DNA from: Balanoglossus misakiensis
Taxonomy: Eukaryota > Animalia > Hemichordata
Reading direction: 5' to 3'
NCBI GenBank assembly: GCA_040954595.2
Contig: CM082597.2
Span: 3,502,014 to 3,566,013, forward strand
DNA: 64,000 bases
In this document: positions 39,948 through 52,600 of the stretch, in pieces
Layout: the number at the start of each line of letters is the position of its first letter
How positions within the stretch are numbered: position 1 is the stretch's first letter
Notes under the pieces: generated by a model
Databases searched by the model: none
Seen by the model: only the letters and a program-made list of their open reading frames with translations
Told to the model about the DNA's origin: nothing
Position numbers and translations under genes: made by a program

Positions 39948-42252
39948 GATTGTGGCCGATAGATTGCAACGATAGAGATCACCCAGCAATTGTAACAGGA
40001 TTGGGATGTGAACGCCCAAATTTATGGTCTTCGACGCCAGAACTTTCCACTTTTTTAACAGGGGTGATACCCCGGGCTTTCACCCTTATGTTAATTGATT
40101 TTATTTACATTACAAAAATTTGTCATGTACACTATGCTTTAACATTGTAGTATACTGCAGCTAAAAATCTATTTACATATTGTCGTCAAAAATAGACAGT
40201 TTGCGTCGATTTTATGTTCTCGTTTTAACAGCCCCTAGATTTTTTTTTAATTTTACATACAATTACACAGATATTACCTTTTCGTTTAATATTTCTATTG
40301 ACAAAAACACCTCATTCATGGGCTATAAGCCAATAATGTAAAAAGTTCAAATTTCCAAATTACACTTAGCTAGGTCAATAGCCGGGTAACTAAAGGGTTG
40401 TCACCACACACTATTACAATTTTCAGGTCGATGGCATTATGAGAAAATATAGAAAAATTGGCCTTATTAAATTGGAAAATCTGGGCTTTAAGTTTTAAAT
40501 TACACGCCTTGAAGAAGATTAGGACACTTCACTTCTGAATAGAATCAGGCCAGGTCGTCAGGAGTATCACACACATGTTTCACATGGTATTACACTGTTT
40601 CAATGCTGCCGTTTTTTAAACATTTCTATTTTTGTGACCAATGCATATTCAGCAACATATCAATCTTTTAATGTCGACTACCGTTCGACCGCTTCTGTTA
40701 AATCAACAGTGTGAGGCCTTAATTGCCAATAATAAATTTTATTTAGACCCAGCTTGAAAACACCAAGTATTTGCGCATATATATTGACGATTGATGTCGC
40801 CGCATGTGGTCGACATTAAGGCTTGGTTAGCAACTGTGAACACTTGTTCAAATATGAACAGTGACCACATTGCTTTTTCTAGGGTTGCTTTTTCCCCTAG
40901 ACCTAAAAAATCTACAATATTGTAACAGAAAACAGCGACTTCCCCAAAGTTTAAGTGCAAGTTACATGTATAGCTTTGAAAAAATTAATGAGGGTTTGCT
41001 TTCTGATAATCATCATCTTCAAGTAGATCCCAACAAGCACAATACACAACACCAAAGCCTCGACTAAGGTCATACATATGCATTCCACATACAGACACCA
41101 TAAATAGATTAATGTAAGTTTATAAATACAAACATTTACGTCTGTGCAGGCAATTTGTCATTCACGGCGGGGTAATTGTCATATTTTGTTTGGTTTCATC
41201 ATTGTGCGGGTAATATATACATAAAACATCGCTTCCAATTATGTAAGCATAATATGCACCACAAAAAAGCAAAAGTGTGTTTCTTTCCTTCTTTGTGAGT
41301 TTCTTTCTGTCTTTCTACTTTTCTTTTAATCCAGGAATTTTACAGAAACATCTATGAGAGTTCTTTGCCTCATATTATATCCCAGTCAATAAAAGCTAAC
41401 GTGACCTGGAAATACACCCTATCAATTTCACTACTTGCCAATGCATGGAAATGTTATTTTCGGCAGTTGTTCAATGACAGTTACACATATAAATGTAGTT
41501 TACTCACAGATAGAAGGGCATGTACGTCTTCAAAATGTACAAACAAGGCAATTTATATCAACTAACTCTCATTTAAAATTTGAAAATAAAACTATACCAG
41601 CAAAATGCCTTGATTTGGTCGTCTGTTGTACTGAATTATTCCCGAGACCAAACTCAAAATTCATGGTCATACGAGTGAGAGTTGGTACTTGTCTTACATA
41701 CAGTTTTTAATGTACATCTACCATTAATGTCGTTACTTGACACACCACATGTTGTTAAAGTACTACCAACCTATAAATTCTCTTTGTTAAATTCCACTGA
41801 GACTTACAAACACTTGTTTTGTTTTTCGTTTGCAATGAATTCAGCAGAATTTGATTGGCGTTTCAACTTCGCTTGGATGACACTTAACTAATGGACATGT
41901 ACTGTTCACCAGCCAAAGTGTGAAAAGCTTCTTTTGACAACCATTTGGTATCTAACACTCCGGGAAGATGAGTCAACTGCACTTTCAACATGGTGCATGG
42001 CACTCGAAAATGGGTCATATTGTATTATAACGCAGTGAACGGATGGCCTTGATGTAAGGACCTGGGTGTTTACACACCCAGTACAAGTATATCACTTATG
42101 TACCATCTGTGCATGACATGTGCTCAGATGTTCGTGGCCAACGCCCAGTAAGTGTGCTGGCCTGGCCAGTTCATCGAAAAGATTAAAGTTGGGTGTTGTC
42201 CCTTCAGCAGTATGGGTCTCATACACCACGGTTGCTAGCAAGTCAAAGTTAA

Positions 42253-42497
42253 GTGTAACTGCTACAATGTACACAAACGCAAACAATGTGTTGTTACTTT
42301 GTATTACATTGTAGTGTAACTGCTACAATGTACATCATTGCAAACAATGTGTTATTACTTTGTATTACATTGTAGTGTAACTGCTACAATGTACATCATT
42401 GCAAACAATGCGGTTGTTACTTTGTATTACACTGTAGTGTAACTGCTACAATGTACATCATTGCAACGATGAGGTTGTTACTTTGTATTACACTGTA
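42253..42497. repeat. ~61-bp minisatellite, about 4 copies
   Basis: Unit gtgtaactgctacaatgtacatcattgcaaacaatgtgtt(g/a)ttactttgtattaca(t/c)tgta in tandem; same family at 60450-60598. Confidence 0.9.
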
Positions 42498-43828
42498 CAT
42501 AATAGCATACAATCATTGTTACTTTTTTATCACATTTTCAATTTTCAGTTATTTTGATACAACATGTACTGGTTTGCAGGGTCGCTCTGTATCGTGGGAA
42601 CAATGAGGCTGGCGTGTTAATAGACAGAACAGTCGCACATGTGCAGTTTAGAAAACTCTTTCCCTTTAAATGTATACCTGTTGTCTCTCCGACAGAACAT
42701 TTGTCACTACGAAATCTAACACTAGTAAAACATTTTAGTATAAAATTTCATGCATTAGAAAACATGAACCACCCAATCCCCAAGGTGACCTTTAAAAAAG
42801 ATGACGTCATTCATTTCATGTACAAATATTACAAGGTCTACCAAATATTTTCATTAAAACACTTGTAATACAGTGTTTACACTACCACGTATCAAAGAAA
42901 CGTTTTTATATGCTTTACACATATAAACGGTTCATACTTTAGAAAGTAGCCAGTACCAGCACTCCAAATTGGAATATAACAACATCGTTAGTGGTTATTA
43001 CAAAAATACACAAAAAAAAAAGAAATAGCAATGTTGATAATACATGTAAAGAACGAATGTTTGTTTAGGTGTCTGAGTATATGGCGTTTTTCATTAACGA
43101 ATGTCTAATACAGACTTCCATTGTCACTTCTTAAATTGCAGGGACACGCTTCGATAATAAATAAACATGAGCATGAATGGACTGTGTATCTTTACTTGCG
43201 AACTTCACGTATTGCACGTAGATGTATTCGATGAATATTAATCAGAGTGGAAGCACCCTCTGCCAGGGGAACTTGCGAAGCCTATTTTACACATTCAGTA
43301 TTTGAGTTAGTGGCGGTTTACATTGACGGGAGAGATCAAAGTGGGATTTTGATAATGAATTGTTTATTTAGGTTTCAAAATGATGTGCATTTCATAGAAT
43401 TGTTTGAACAGGGACAATCTCCACTGTAACTATTTGCCATTGTGGGAAAAAACGTTAACATTTCATATTGCTTTGGTTTTATCATCATATTACAGATTGG
43501 ACCAATTTAAAAAAGCGTGTTGTCCGGTTTGTAAACATAGACAACAATTGAATGTGATTACTGATACAACCTGTACCTTTAATAAACACACTACCGAAAG
43601 CAAACACAAACATGTCAAATATTTACTAAATATAAAACAACCTGTATAATCGATCAACTATAATATTGGTGAAAATTACGGTAAGTAGAGTCGTGGCGGT
43701 TTGGTTTGTTGTAGAGAATGGAAAAGGAAACTGCACTTTATACACAAACAAAAATAAAAGAAAATAGACTGGGGAATTTCTGTTGTCCCTTTCGACTAAT
43801 ACAATTAAACAATTATGTATTTATTTAT

Positions 43829-45599
43829 TTATTTCATTTTATTTACTGATCCCTTAATGGCCTTGGATGTTCCCTTTGTTGTCTTTTTCAGATCAACGTA
43901 CTTAGATGGGTCGTTGCCTGTTAGGAAAATGCTGACAGCTTCATCGGTTATGGCACTGAGTCTTTCTTCCGGGGACAGCGCTGCCCTCGGTGTCAGACTC
44001 GGAAGCTGGGCGGGTTCCTTCTCCACGTTCTTGTCGAGGTTGGCCACCGTTTGCCCGACCAGCGACAGGAACCCCACCTCGTTGCTGTGCTGCAGCAGCT
44101 CAGCCCCCGTGCCCATGCACGCCTTGACCTCGCTCAGCGACTCCAGCGTGGACCGGCCGAGGCTCTGGAGGTGAGCTCTGTCGGAGTTGCGATTCCTGTG
44201 GACATCCCCCAGCATCTCCTCCCTCTCTGCTTCAAGATACTTCATGGCGTTCGCCAATCCGTCCAACAGCTCCTGGAAGCCCCCCTTTATGGTGTCCTCT
44301 CTCTTTCTGTACCACTCTTCCGAGGCTTTCTCCTTCCTTGTGATCTCGCTGCTGAGGCCTTCCAGAGCGCACGCCCTCTTCCTGGCCTCCTCCAGTTTCC
44401 GCAGAAGCTGGCCTTGCTTTTTCGCCATCACGTCCTTCAGCGTCTTCTGCTTGTGGTCAGGCTTCCTGTGCTGGTACAGGATGCACAGATCGCAGATTGG
44501 AACCTCACATGTAATGCAGTAGGAGGCGTATTCTCGCCCTTTGTGCTTCGAACAAACGTTTGGACGGTAGACCTCAGCCTGCAGAAGAGCGCTCTGCTGG
44601 TACTCCTCCATGGACATCAACTTGTGGTTCTTGGTCGCCGGGATGTTCCTGTGCGTCTTGCCGCACTGCACGCACATGACGATGCCGCAGTCGACGCAGA
44701 ACCTGCACGATTTCGCCTTTGTGCAAACGCAGCACAGGACATCCGATGTCGTTTGGCTCGTTTCAGCCGGCACGGTCGCTGTGCTGGCGCCCTCCTGGAA
44801 CACCCGGTCCATCAACACGTCAAGGAAAGAGCAGTCCAGCAGAGAGACAGCGCCCTCTGCGGGCAGCTCGTGCTCAACACCGCACGTCGGGCAGGGGAGA
44901 TGTCCGTCAGCCGACAGGAGCTCGACACAGTCGAGACAGAAGAAGTGAAAGCAGGGCAACAGCTTGGCGTGCTTGAAAGGCTTGCTACAAATTGAACACA
45001 CCGTGGTGGCTCGCCCCAGAACGCCAACACTGCTTGGGGGCTTTGGGCTGTAGTGATAAACAGAATACCAGGGTAAAGACCAACTTCAGTTCGACACACA
45101 AGAGCAAAGACGTAATTGAAGGAGAATAATTGCCTTATCATTAATTTATTAATTTGTTTAGTCTTCCATGTAAGCTTATGTGTCTTGTAGACACTCATAA
45201 AATACTAACCATTTTCCGATATTGTATTTTTTACCTGAAGTTTATTAATTTTACCATATGCATCTTTATTTGATTCCACTCTATGCACGTCAGGTAAACC
45301 GATGACATTTTTAAACATTACCAACCGGACTTTTGTCTCAGATTATTTTAATTATTCATTAGAACTTACTGTTCCTCACTCGCATGTCTCATTTTCATGT
45401 ACACATGTTGAACTGGCTTATTGACTACTTCTTCATTCAACTCGCAGTAAATGGGCTCCGATTGGGGTGCGGGGTAGACTGGCTCCATTTTGGGGGCCAG
45501 GCCGGATGTCTCCTCTGGCTGGGGTGTGAAATCGCTGCTCCCGTGTTTTTCGGTTGCCTGGTAAGTCTGTGGTCGGGTCGTCGACTGCTCACAACCCAT
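43829..45599 (-). CDS. TRIM/RBCC E3 ligase-like protein (482 aa): acylation/Tyr-motif N-terminus, RING, 2 B-boxes, coiled coil, no C-terminal domain
   Basis: Coding exons 45370-45599 (CA|GTAAGT) and 43829-45047 (ctacag|C) join in phase 2, total 1449 nt. C3HC4 RING CSIC..PCFHFFCLDC..CPTC; B-box1 CCVC..CVDC..CVQC..H..H; B-box2 CSKH..YCITC..ICDLC..H..H; heptad-rich region follows. An acceptor-like site near 45617 implies an upstream non-coding exon. Confidence 0.88.
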
Positions 45600-48119
45600 T
45601 CCTGACCCCTCACAAACCTGCGAGAATGACGACGGTATTATAACATTTATCTGATGGAATTATTAAAGTGTCTGATCAAAAACCCAAGGAATTCTTGTTC
45701 TTCGTATTGGTCACGTCAAGGTATAAAACATCCAGACATCATTCACATTTTGTCGTTCCGGAAACAAAAAATAAAATTATCTTTTTTGATATCATCACCT
45801 TATCAGTCAACGGGAAATCAAATGCAACCATACATGTACTTGAAAGTCTTATTTCCGGTTGTTATATGTGTGTCAATGTGCAACCTTTGATCTTGTTATC
45901 TCTTATCAATTGTAAGATTAAAGCCTAAATTTGATCTGACTCCGACTGTAATAAAGGAGATTGGTAATCATGGCCTGCATATGGAGCAGCCTATCTCTTA
46001 GTGCCTGTCAGGGTGCAGTGCGTGAACGTGTGTGTTGAGAAGTGAAATTTGGCCATGAGGGTGACCTGCAAAGCTACTTATATAAGCAATGATGTGTTCC
46101 TAGTTGGCATGCTTATATCTTTACAATGGCTTAGGACCTCACACGATTAAATCGATCGATTCCAAAGGTTATCAAGTGTTTTGCACCGACTATTGTTACG
46201 GCTGGCCACGCGGTCAAAGGTGATGACTTTTCTGCTGCTTGTTTGCCCACTTGGGCCCATCAGTTACCAACACATCACCTTACATAATTGCGCGCGAGAG
46301 CATTGTTTCAAAGCAGAATAGTGACAGTATTAAACCGTGTTGGGGTCGGCGAATGTTTGAGTGATTTACCTCGGGGGAAATTTATGTCTGTAGGAGTCTA
46401 TCGATTTCAAAATACCGGCATTCCTTCATCGTTGCCTTAGAGACAGTAAAACAACACAAGACATCAACCAATATCTGGCTCCAGCAATGGCTCATGGCAG
46501 GCGTTGCTACCGACAAAAAGGCCATGCTTGTTGACAGAACACTTTATGAAACCTCTGCTTACAAAGGTGCTATTGTTGCGTTCTCAGCTTTAAACGGTGT
46601 CGTGTTTGTTTCCTTGGAGAAATATAATCAGTGTAATAAGAAACGATTTCGCGTGATCTGAAGTAGTAATCAAATTTATAGTTTACAATGCTCAGCACAC
46701 ACAAGGCAAATCGATTCAAGCTTGCAGCTGAACATATAGGATTTTGATGACATGTTAGATGTGCAGCACCTTTGGTGAACGCGTTCTTCTGTAAGCAAGC
46801 GAAGAAATACAAAAACTACTAAAGTATAATCAAAACGACATTTGGAGATAAATAATACTCAGCCACCCTGCAATGAACCATATCAAAACATTCTTTTGAC
46901 GCAATTTGGTTGCAGGCTGCTATGCCGGGGTGTGAAGGTACGCTATCAGCAAATGTAAACATTTCATTGTCGTTTAGTTTAGCTGCAAAAATCGTATTGC
47001 ATATTTGAACGTCGAATATTTCTACATATTGTTATAAAAGCAGGTGCAGACTTTTTTGTTTTCAACCGTAAAATCATTTGAAACATTGTCAAGTCACACT
47101 GACGCAAATTGGGGACAGTATTGATGGTCATCGTCCCGTGTAGAAGATGACGCAGGTTTATGCCGTACGTCTATACCTTATATGACAACCGCAAAATCAC
47201 CAAAACCTTTCAGGCCCATAGTTCTCATCTTCATAACACCTACCGTTTCCTTTGTATGGCGGAAAAAGCCAGGGTCACTTTGAAATTGTAACAGCTGATG
47301 AAGCCTGTTGGAAATTGAGGGTTGGTGAAGGTTTTTGAAGTTACAAAATGCGAGTCGAGTTCGCAGCAACCTCTCAGGACGGTCACGTGATTGATATAGA
47401 GTCAACCGAGTTGCAGGTTGCCCTGTGACGACATGCTGATCATTCATATTGCAATAACGGTATTGTCTATAAGAATATTCACAATACTTAGCTTTTCTTT
47501 CCCGGGATAAATCTAACAAAGTTTATTTCATTCATGTTAACATCCTGTTGTCGTGATGGCAACAAATTCTTGCTGAATTTCTGACTCGAAATATTTGCCA
47601 CTTTGCAGACGTCATTGAGCAGGACTTTGCCCTGGTTGTGATAACTAAAGTGCGTGGCAAATATTTTATGTAAACAGAAGCACAATGTAAAAATAGGCAC
47701 ACATTTCACAAATGTCAACACGCCCTCAATCATTCATTGATAGCATGAGAACACGCGCCAGAATAATATTGTTACACTTTGCCACTGTGGGATATTGTAA
47801 CTGTTCACTATGATTGTCATCGCTTCTTTCCCACGGTGTACTGGAAACATCCACAGAGAGAGAGACGCCACGAATAAATTACATTTGTCATGCTGATGCA
47901 TACGTCGTATTCGACATGCTGACTGCAGCCTGGCAGTGCCCAAATGTCTATGGCTTTTTTAATGATACGCCTGGTCCTCTATCCTATTCCCACCACTGGT
48001 CAAGCATGGACCACCGTTTGAGTTCATATTAATGTTATAGTCACCTGTCCAAGATCACGTGGTCAGAGAACAACTACAGCAAGATGACCGCTTCCAAAAT
48101 ATCTGCATTTATTGGCAAA

Positions 48120-48315
48120 CCAATACCACCACCACCACCAAAACCACAAAAAAACACCACCCACGCCGCCACCACCACAAAAAAAACACCACCCACGCCG
48201 CCACCATCACCAAGACAACAAACACCACCACCCACGTCACCGCCACCATCAAAACCACCAACGCCGCTACCCATGCTACCGTCACCACAACCACCATCGC
48301 CATCATCATCATCAT
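48120..48315. repeat. Degenerate (CAC/CAT/CAA)n low-complexity tract
   Basis: Trinucleotide expansion giving poly-P/H/T ORFs in several frames. Confidence 0.85.
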
Positions 48316-48945
48316 GGAACAAAAGTAACAGCTTCTGGCATGTTAAACACTTTCACCCCAAGTTGCCTGAGTAGAGAACCAACTTTGCCATATAAAACAA
48401 TAGATACATTACATTAAAGACAAATCATAGTGGTGAAATAGTTAATATTTAAGACCCCTCGCTATATGTTGATTGCACACACAATACATCAGTGTACTGT
48501 ATATCATGGCGCAAAATGTCCTAAAGTGGTGAGATGGGGGGGGGGGGTCAGGTTTTACAATGTCGGACAAGGGGGAGGGTCACATTTTAGAGTCCAGGTA
48601 AACGCTGAATTACCCTGGCCCACCCTCCTGCAAATACTGAAGGATCCCTTGACAAATGACATATTGCATTAATTAGGTAGGTCTGTTTTCTGTTCAGCAG
48701 CTGTGGATACGAATTGTCTGAATGTTTGGCATACAGCTGTAAGCTAATTTCTGTAAAAAGTTTTAATTGAAATGTACTATTGTCATACTGAGAAAATTAA
48801 ATAAAACTAATGAGTGTCAGCTTGGATTTATCGTCATTAGCGCAGTGATGAAACAGTAACATGTTAATTAATTTGGTTTGAGCCCCGGGCAATGTATGAA
48901 TTGAAATTAAATGGAAAATGCCGAGAATGTGGAACATCTTGTACA

Positions 48946-49040
48946 ATAAATATCTGGCAACATAGCTGTGTCGTTATTCTGGCAGAGCGATGTGTGTCAA
49001 GATGCGGCTTTTCATTCTGTGCATTGTCTGCATCTTTCAG
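48946..49040 (+). promoter_or_regulatory. Upstream duplicate promoter (ATAAATA) plus alternative first coding exon 49002-49040 (MRLFILCIVCIFQ)
   Basis: Paralogous to 49580-49675. TATA-like box 56 nt before ATG, 39-nt exon, intact CAG|GTATAG donor, same phase 0. Confidence 0.7.
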
Positions 49041-49579
49041 GTATAGTAGATATATCTGCTGTTTTGGTAGCAGACACATTTGGCTCTGTTCGGCTGCTAG
49101 GCGACGCCCCACTTAAAAATCGCTATGTATAATACGTGTATGCACATTTGCAGATGTGCTAGCCTAGTAACTTTAACATATTCAGGAAGAAATAATTTGC
49201 TACACTTGTACATACATACATACCGGTACATACATACCTGAATTCAACTTTTGGACGTTGAGTGATAAAAACTGTATTTCTGCATAAAACTGTGGCAAAG
49301 GTTGTTAAAGAAATATGCCATCAATTAGACAGCCTGTTTTCTGTTCCGCATTGTCGATAACAGGTGTTTGAATGTTTGTCATAAAGATACATGTATATGC
49401 AAGATATATTCAAAGGTTTAATTGAAACTATTGTGAGAAAAGGCATCAGCTTGGATCTATAGTCAATAGGACTGTGATGAGGGACCAATGTGTAGGGGGA
49501 TGACAGCCCTTGTCTGCAAAGCGAAGGATGATTCGCAACTAATTTGAAAAGGACAAATATTTACGCAACACTGAGTTCG

Positions 49580-49586
49580 ATAAATA
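49580..49586 (+). promoter_or_regulatory. TATA-like box of the proximal first exon of the propeller-WxxW gene
   Basis: ATAAATA 57 nt upstream of ATG 49637, conserved in the duplicated copy. Confidence 0.5.
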
Positions 49587-49636
49587 TCTGGTATCATAAG
49601 CTGTGGTGTTATTCTGGCAGAGCGACGCATGTCAAG

Positions 49637-52600
49637 ATGAAGGTACTGATTCTGTGCCTCGTCTGCATCTTGCAGGTATAGTAGACAGATCTTTTCGTTT
49701 TAGTAGGGCACGAATGTGCAGCCAGTGCTGGAGTATTTCATTTAATGCACTGTGAATACAACGAAAACGGTTTGAGTTGCACAGAATTAATGTGTACCGA
49801 CCATCACTTTTTTATCAACTCAGTAAAAGAAACTTTTAGCATGCTTTCCCCATTCATGGTTGAACATGAAACGCTACTTCTGGTCTACACTGAAATGAAT
49901 GCATTGCCCAGAACAAAACACAACTCAGTTTCTTCCCTAATGTCAACGCATGTCTTTGTTAAACTTGCAACAATTTACACAATGGCTGTTTCTTATCAAC
50001 TGAAACTGGCTACAAAGTATACAGTCACTTTCTGTTTTATCAACTGTACTGATAAAAAACAGTGGTCAATACATCCCTTCTGTACAACTCAGTCCGTTTT
50101 CATTGTGATAGTAAAATTCGCAGCTGAATACGTCATATTCTACTCTACGTTTCTCTCTTCTTTTTTCACAGAGCGTTCACGGTTCTCGCTATAAGCGTGA
50201 CTACGACGGTAAGTTTTAACATAGACAAAGAATGGGCGATGTTGTGCCCTTGAGCAAGGCACTTTAATTCTCATTGCTTACCCCTTACCCAGGAGCGATG
50301 GGTACCTCATCCTGTTATTGGGCAAATCGCCTGTTGGATGATGGTAACATAAAAAAAAAAAAATGAAAAATAAAAATAACATTAAAATATTTACATCTAT
50401 CAGAGATGACCATATGTCATCAGATTAGGTTGCAATGTTCAAAATCAAGTGCCAGCTCTGTTTATATATGTACCGGTATAGGCCTACGAATCTAATTTTG
50501 AATGAAAATTATATACATGTACATTGTATACGGGGTAGATCTACCGAATCAAATTTAGACTGATAATTCAAGGTTCTTTATAAATTTTACCGACTAAGTT
50601 GTAATAAAAAGAATACACTTGAAATTTCCCTGTTAATATTTTTTTTTAATTTTCTTGTTTTATGATTCTCTTTACTTGATGATGATGATAATCACTAGGT
50701 GCCTCTTTGATTGGTGTCAATGAAGACAAGTCACTGGTGACGCGTTCTATGGGTTTTGGTGGCCAATGGAATGTGGTCCCAAACAGCTGTTGTGTTACTC
50801 GAATCGCCGTTATGAATGACGGCACTCTACTTGGCGTTGGCGAAGATGGTTCCCTGTACACTAAACCGAAACCAAACGTGGGCCAGTGGACCGCTGTGGA
50901 CAACAGCTGCTGCGTTGAGGACGTCAGCGTTATGCCAGATGGTACAATTATTGGCGCCAGTAACAAGAGATTGGTGTACCGATCTGACCTGAATAGTGAG
51001 TGGGTTGTAGCTAAGAAGAGTATGGGCATTGTCCGAGTGGATGCTTTCAACGATGGTAGGATTGTGGGCGTTACAGCAATGGGGGCTCTGAAGGTTCGAG
51101 ATGGTATCGACGGACGGTGGAAGCTGTTGAAGAGTAGACAGTTTAAGGCGGACGACATTGCCATACAGCCAGATGGTGTTATTCTTGGTATAAGGAAGAG
51201 AGCCTGTGGAGTCCACGTTCGCAGTGACGCTGGGAAGTGGAGTTCAGAATTGACGGAAAGCAGATGTGTGATATCGATAGCTGCTCCGGGAATCACCGGT
51301 AAGGCAAATACTTCCAGGAGATTTATTCAAGCAAGTATTGCAAAGACTTCAGATGTCGATGGCACGATGCTAATCTGTGTAAAACTGTAGAATCTGAGCA
51401 AATATTTGTTAAATAGTTTGTGTTATTTTTTTTAATTTAATGCAGCAAATTTGGAAGAGCCACAGGTAACGGAAGCTCCACCACCACCACCACCAGAAAC
51501 AACAGCGGCTCCACCCAAACGAACGACAGGTATGATAACATGGTGGCTTGAGCTGCATAGAACAAAATGTACCAACCCTCGATTTTATTTATCACCACGT
51601 GATAAAAAAATATTTTTCACATTCAAGGTGCAAACAAAATGCTAAATGAGGTCGAGACCGCAACCATTGCTTAAGTATTGAGAATATATCACGCGATACA
51701 AAACACAACAAAATTTCATGACTCATGTCAACACATGACATACATACATACATACATACATACATACATACATACATACATACATACATACATACATACA
51801 TTTCGTGTTTCACAGAAAATAACATGTTTTTAATATATTTAGAGCGCCCTGTACCCGAAAAAGAATGCCAAGGAACACTTACACGCTTTTTCGACCGAGA
51901 TGATCCTAGTGGTACTGCAGATGGAGAAACACTGGACTTTTTAAGAAGAGAATATCCAGGCCAAATATGCTCAAATCCATCAGCTGTATATGCCGAGACA
52001 TTAGGTGGGATACCAGCAGAGGAAACTGGAGAGATATTTTCGAAGTATGACACGGAGAGTGGATTTCTCTGCCGGAAAAGTGAACAACCTGATGGTCAAT
52101 GCTTGGATTACAGAGTTCGGTTTTGTTGCCCAAGTAAGGAAAGGTTAATTACTCATATATAGAGCATACCTTAATTCAACTTTTAGAATTTTACTTTTGT
52201 ATTTCACAGATAATAACACATTTTAAACATATTTAGGGCGCCTTGTACCCCAAGAAGACTGCCAAGGAACACTTACACGCTTTTTCGACCGGGACGATCC
52301 TAGCGGTACTGCAGATGGAGAAACACTGGACTATTTAAGAAGAGAATATCCAGGACAAATATGCTCAAACCCATCAGCTATATATGCCGAGACATTAGGT
52401 GGGATACCAGCAGAGGAAACTGGAGAGATATTTTCGAAGTATGACACGGAGAGTGGATTTCTCTGTCTGAAAAGGGAACAGCCTGATGGTCAATGCTTGG
52501 ATTACAGAGTTCAGTTTTGTTGCCCAGGTAAGGAAAGATATACTAAATCCTTGTATGTCATTTGTCATACTTTCAATTGAAAATTGCAGTATATTATATA

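Noticed and set aside
42253-42497. Possible CRISPR-like array
   Set aside because: Units are contiguous without unique spacers, and the context is eukaryotic with no cas genes.
44051-44995. 314-aa plus-strand ORF and other ORFs overlapping the TRIM exon
   Set aside because: Antisense shadow of a GC-rich coding exon; no domain features.
48059-48417. Pro/His/Thr-rich ORFs resembling extensin or mucin
   Set aside because: Open in many frames because of a trinucleotide low-complexity tract; no convincing splice context linking it to a gene.
50646-51296. 216-aa minus-strand ORF
   Set aside because: Antisense to the propeller exon.
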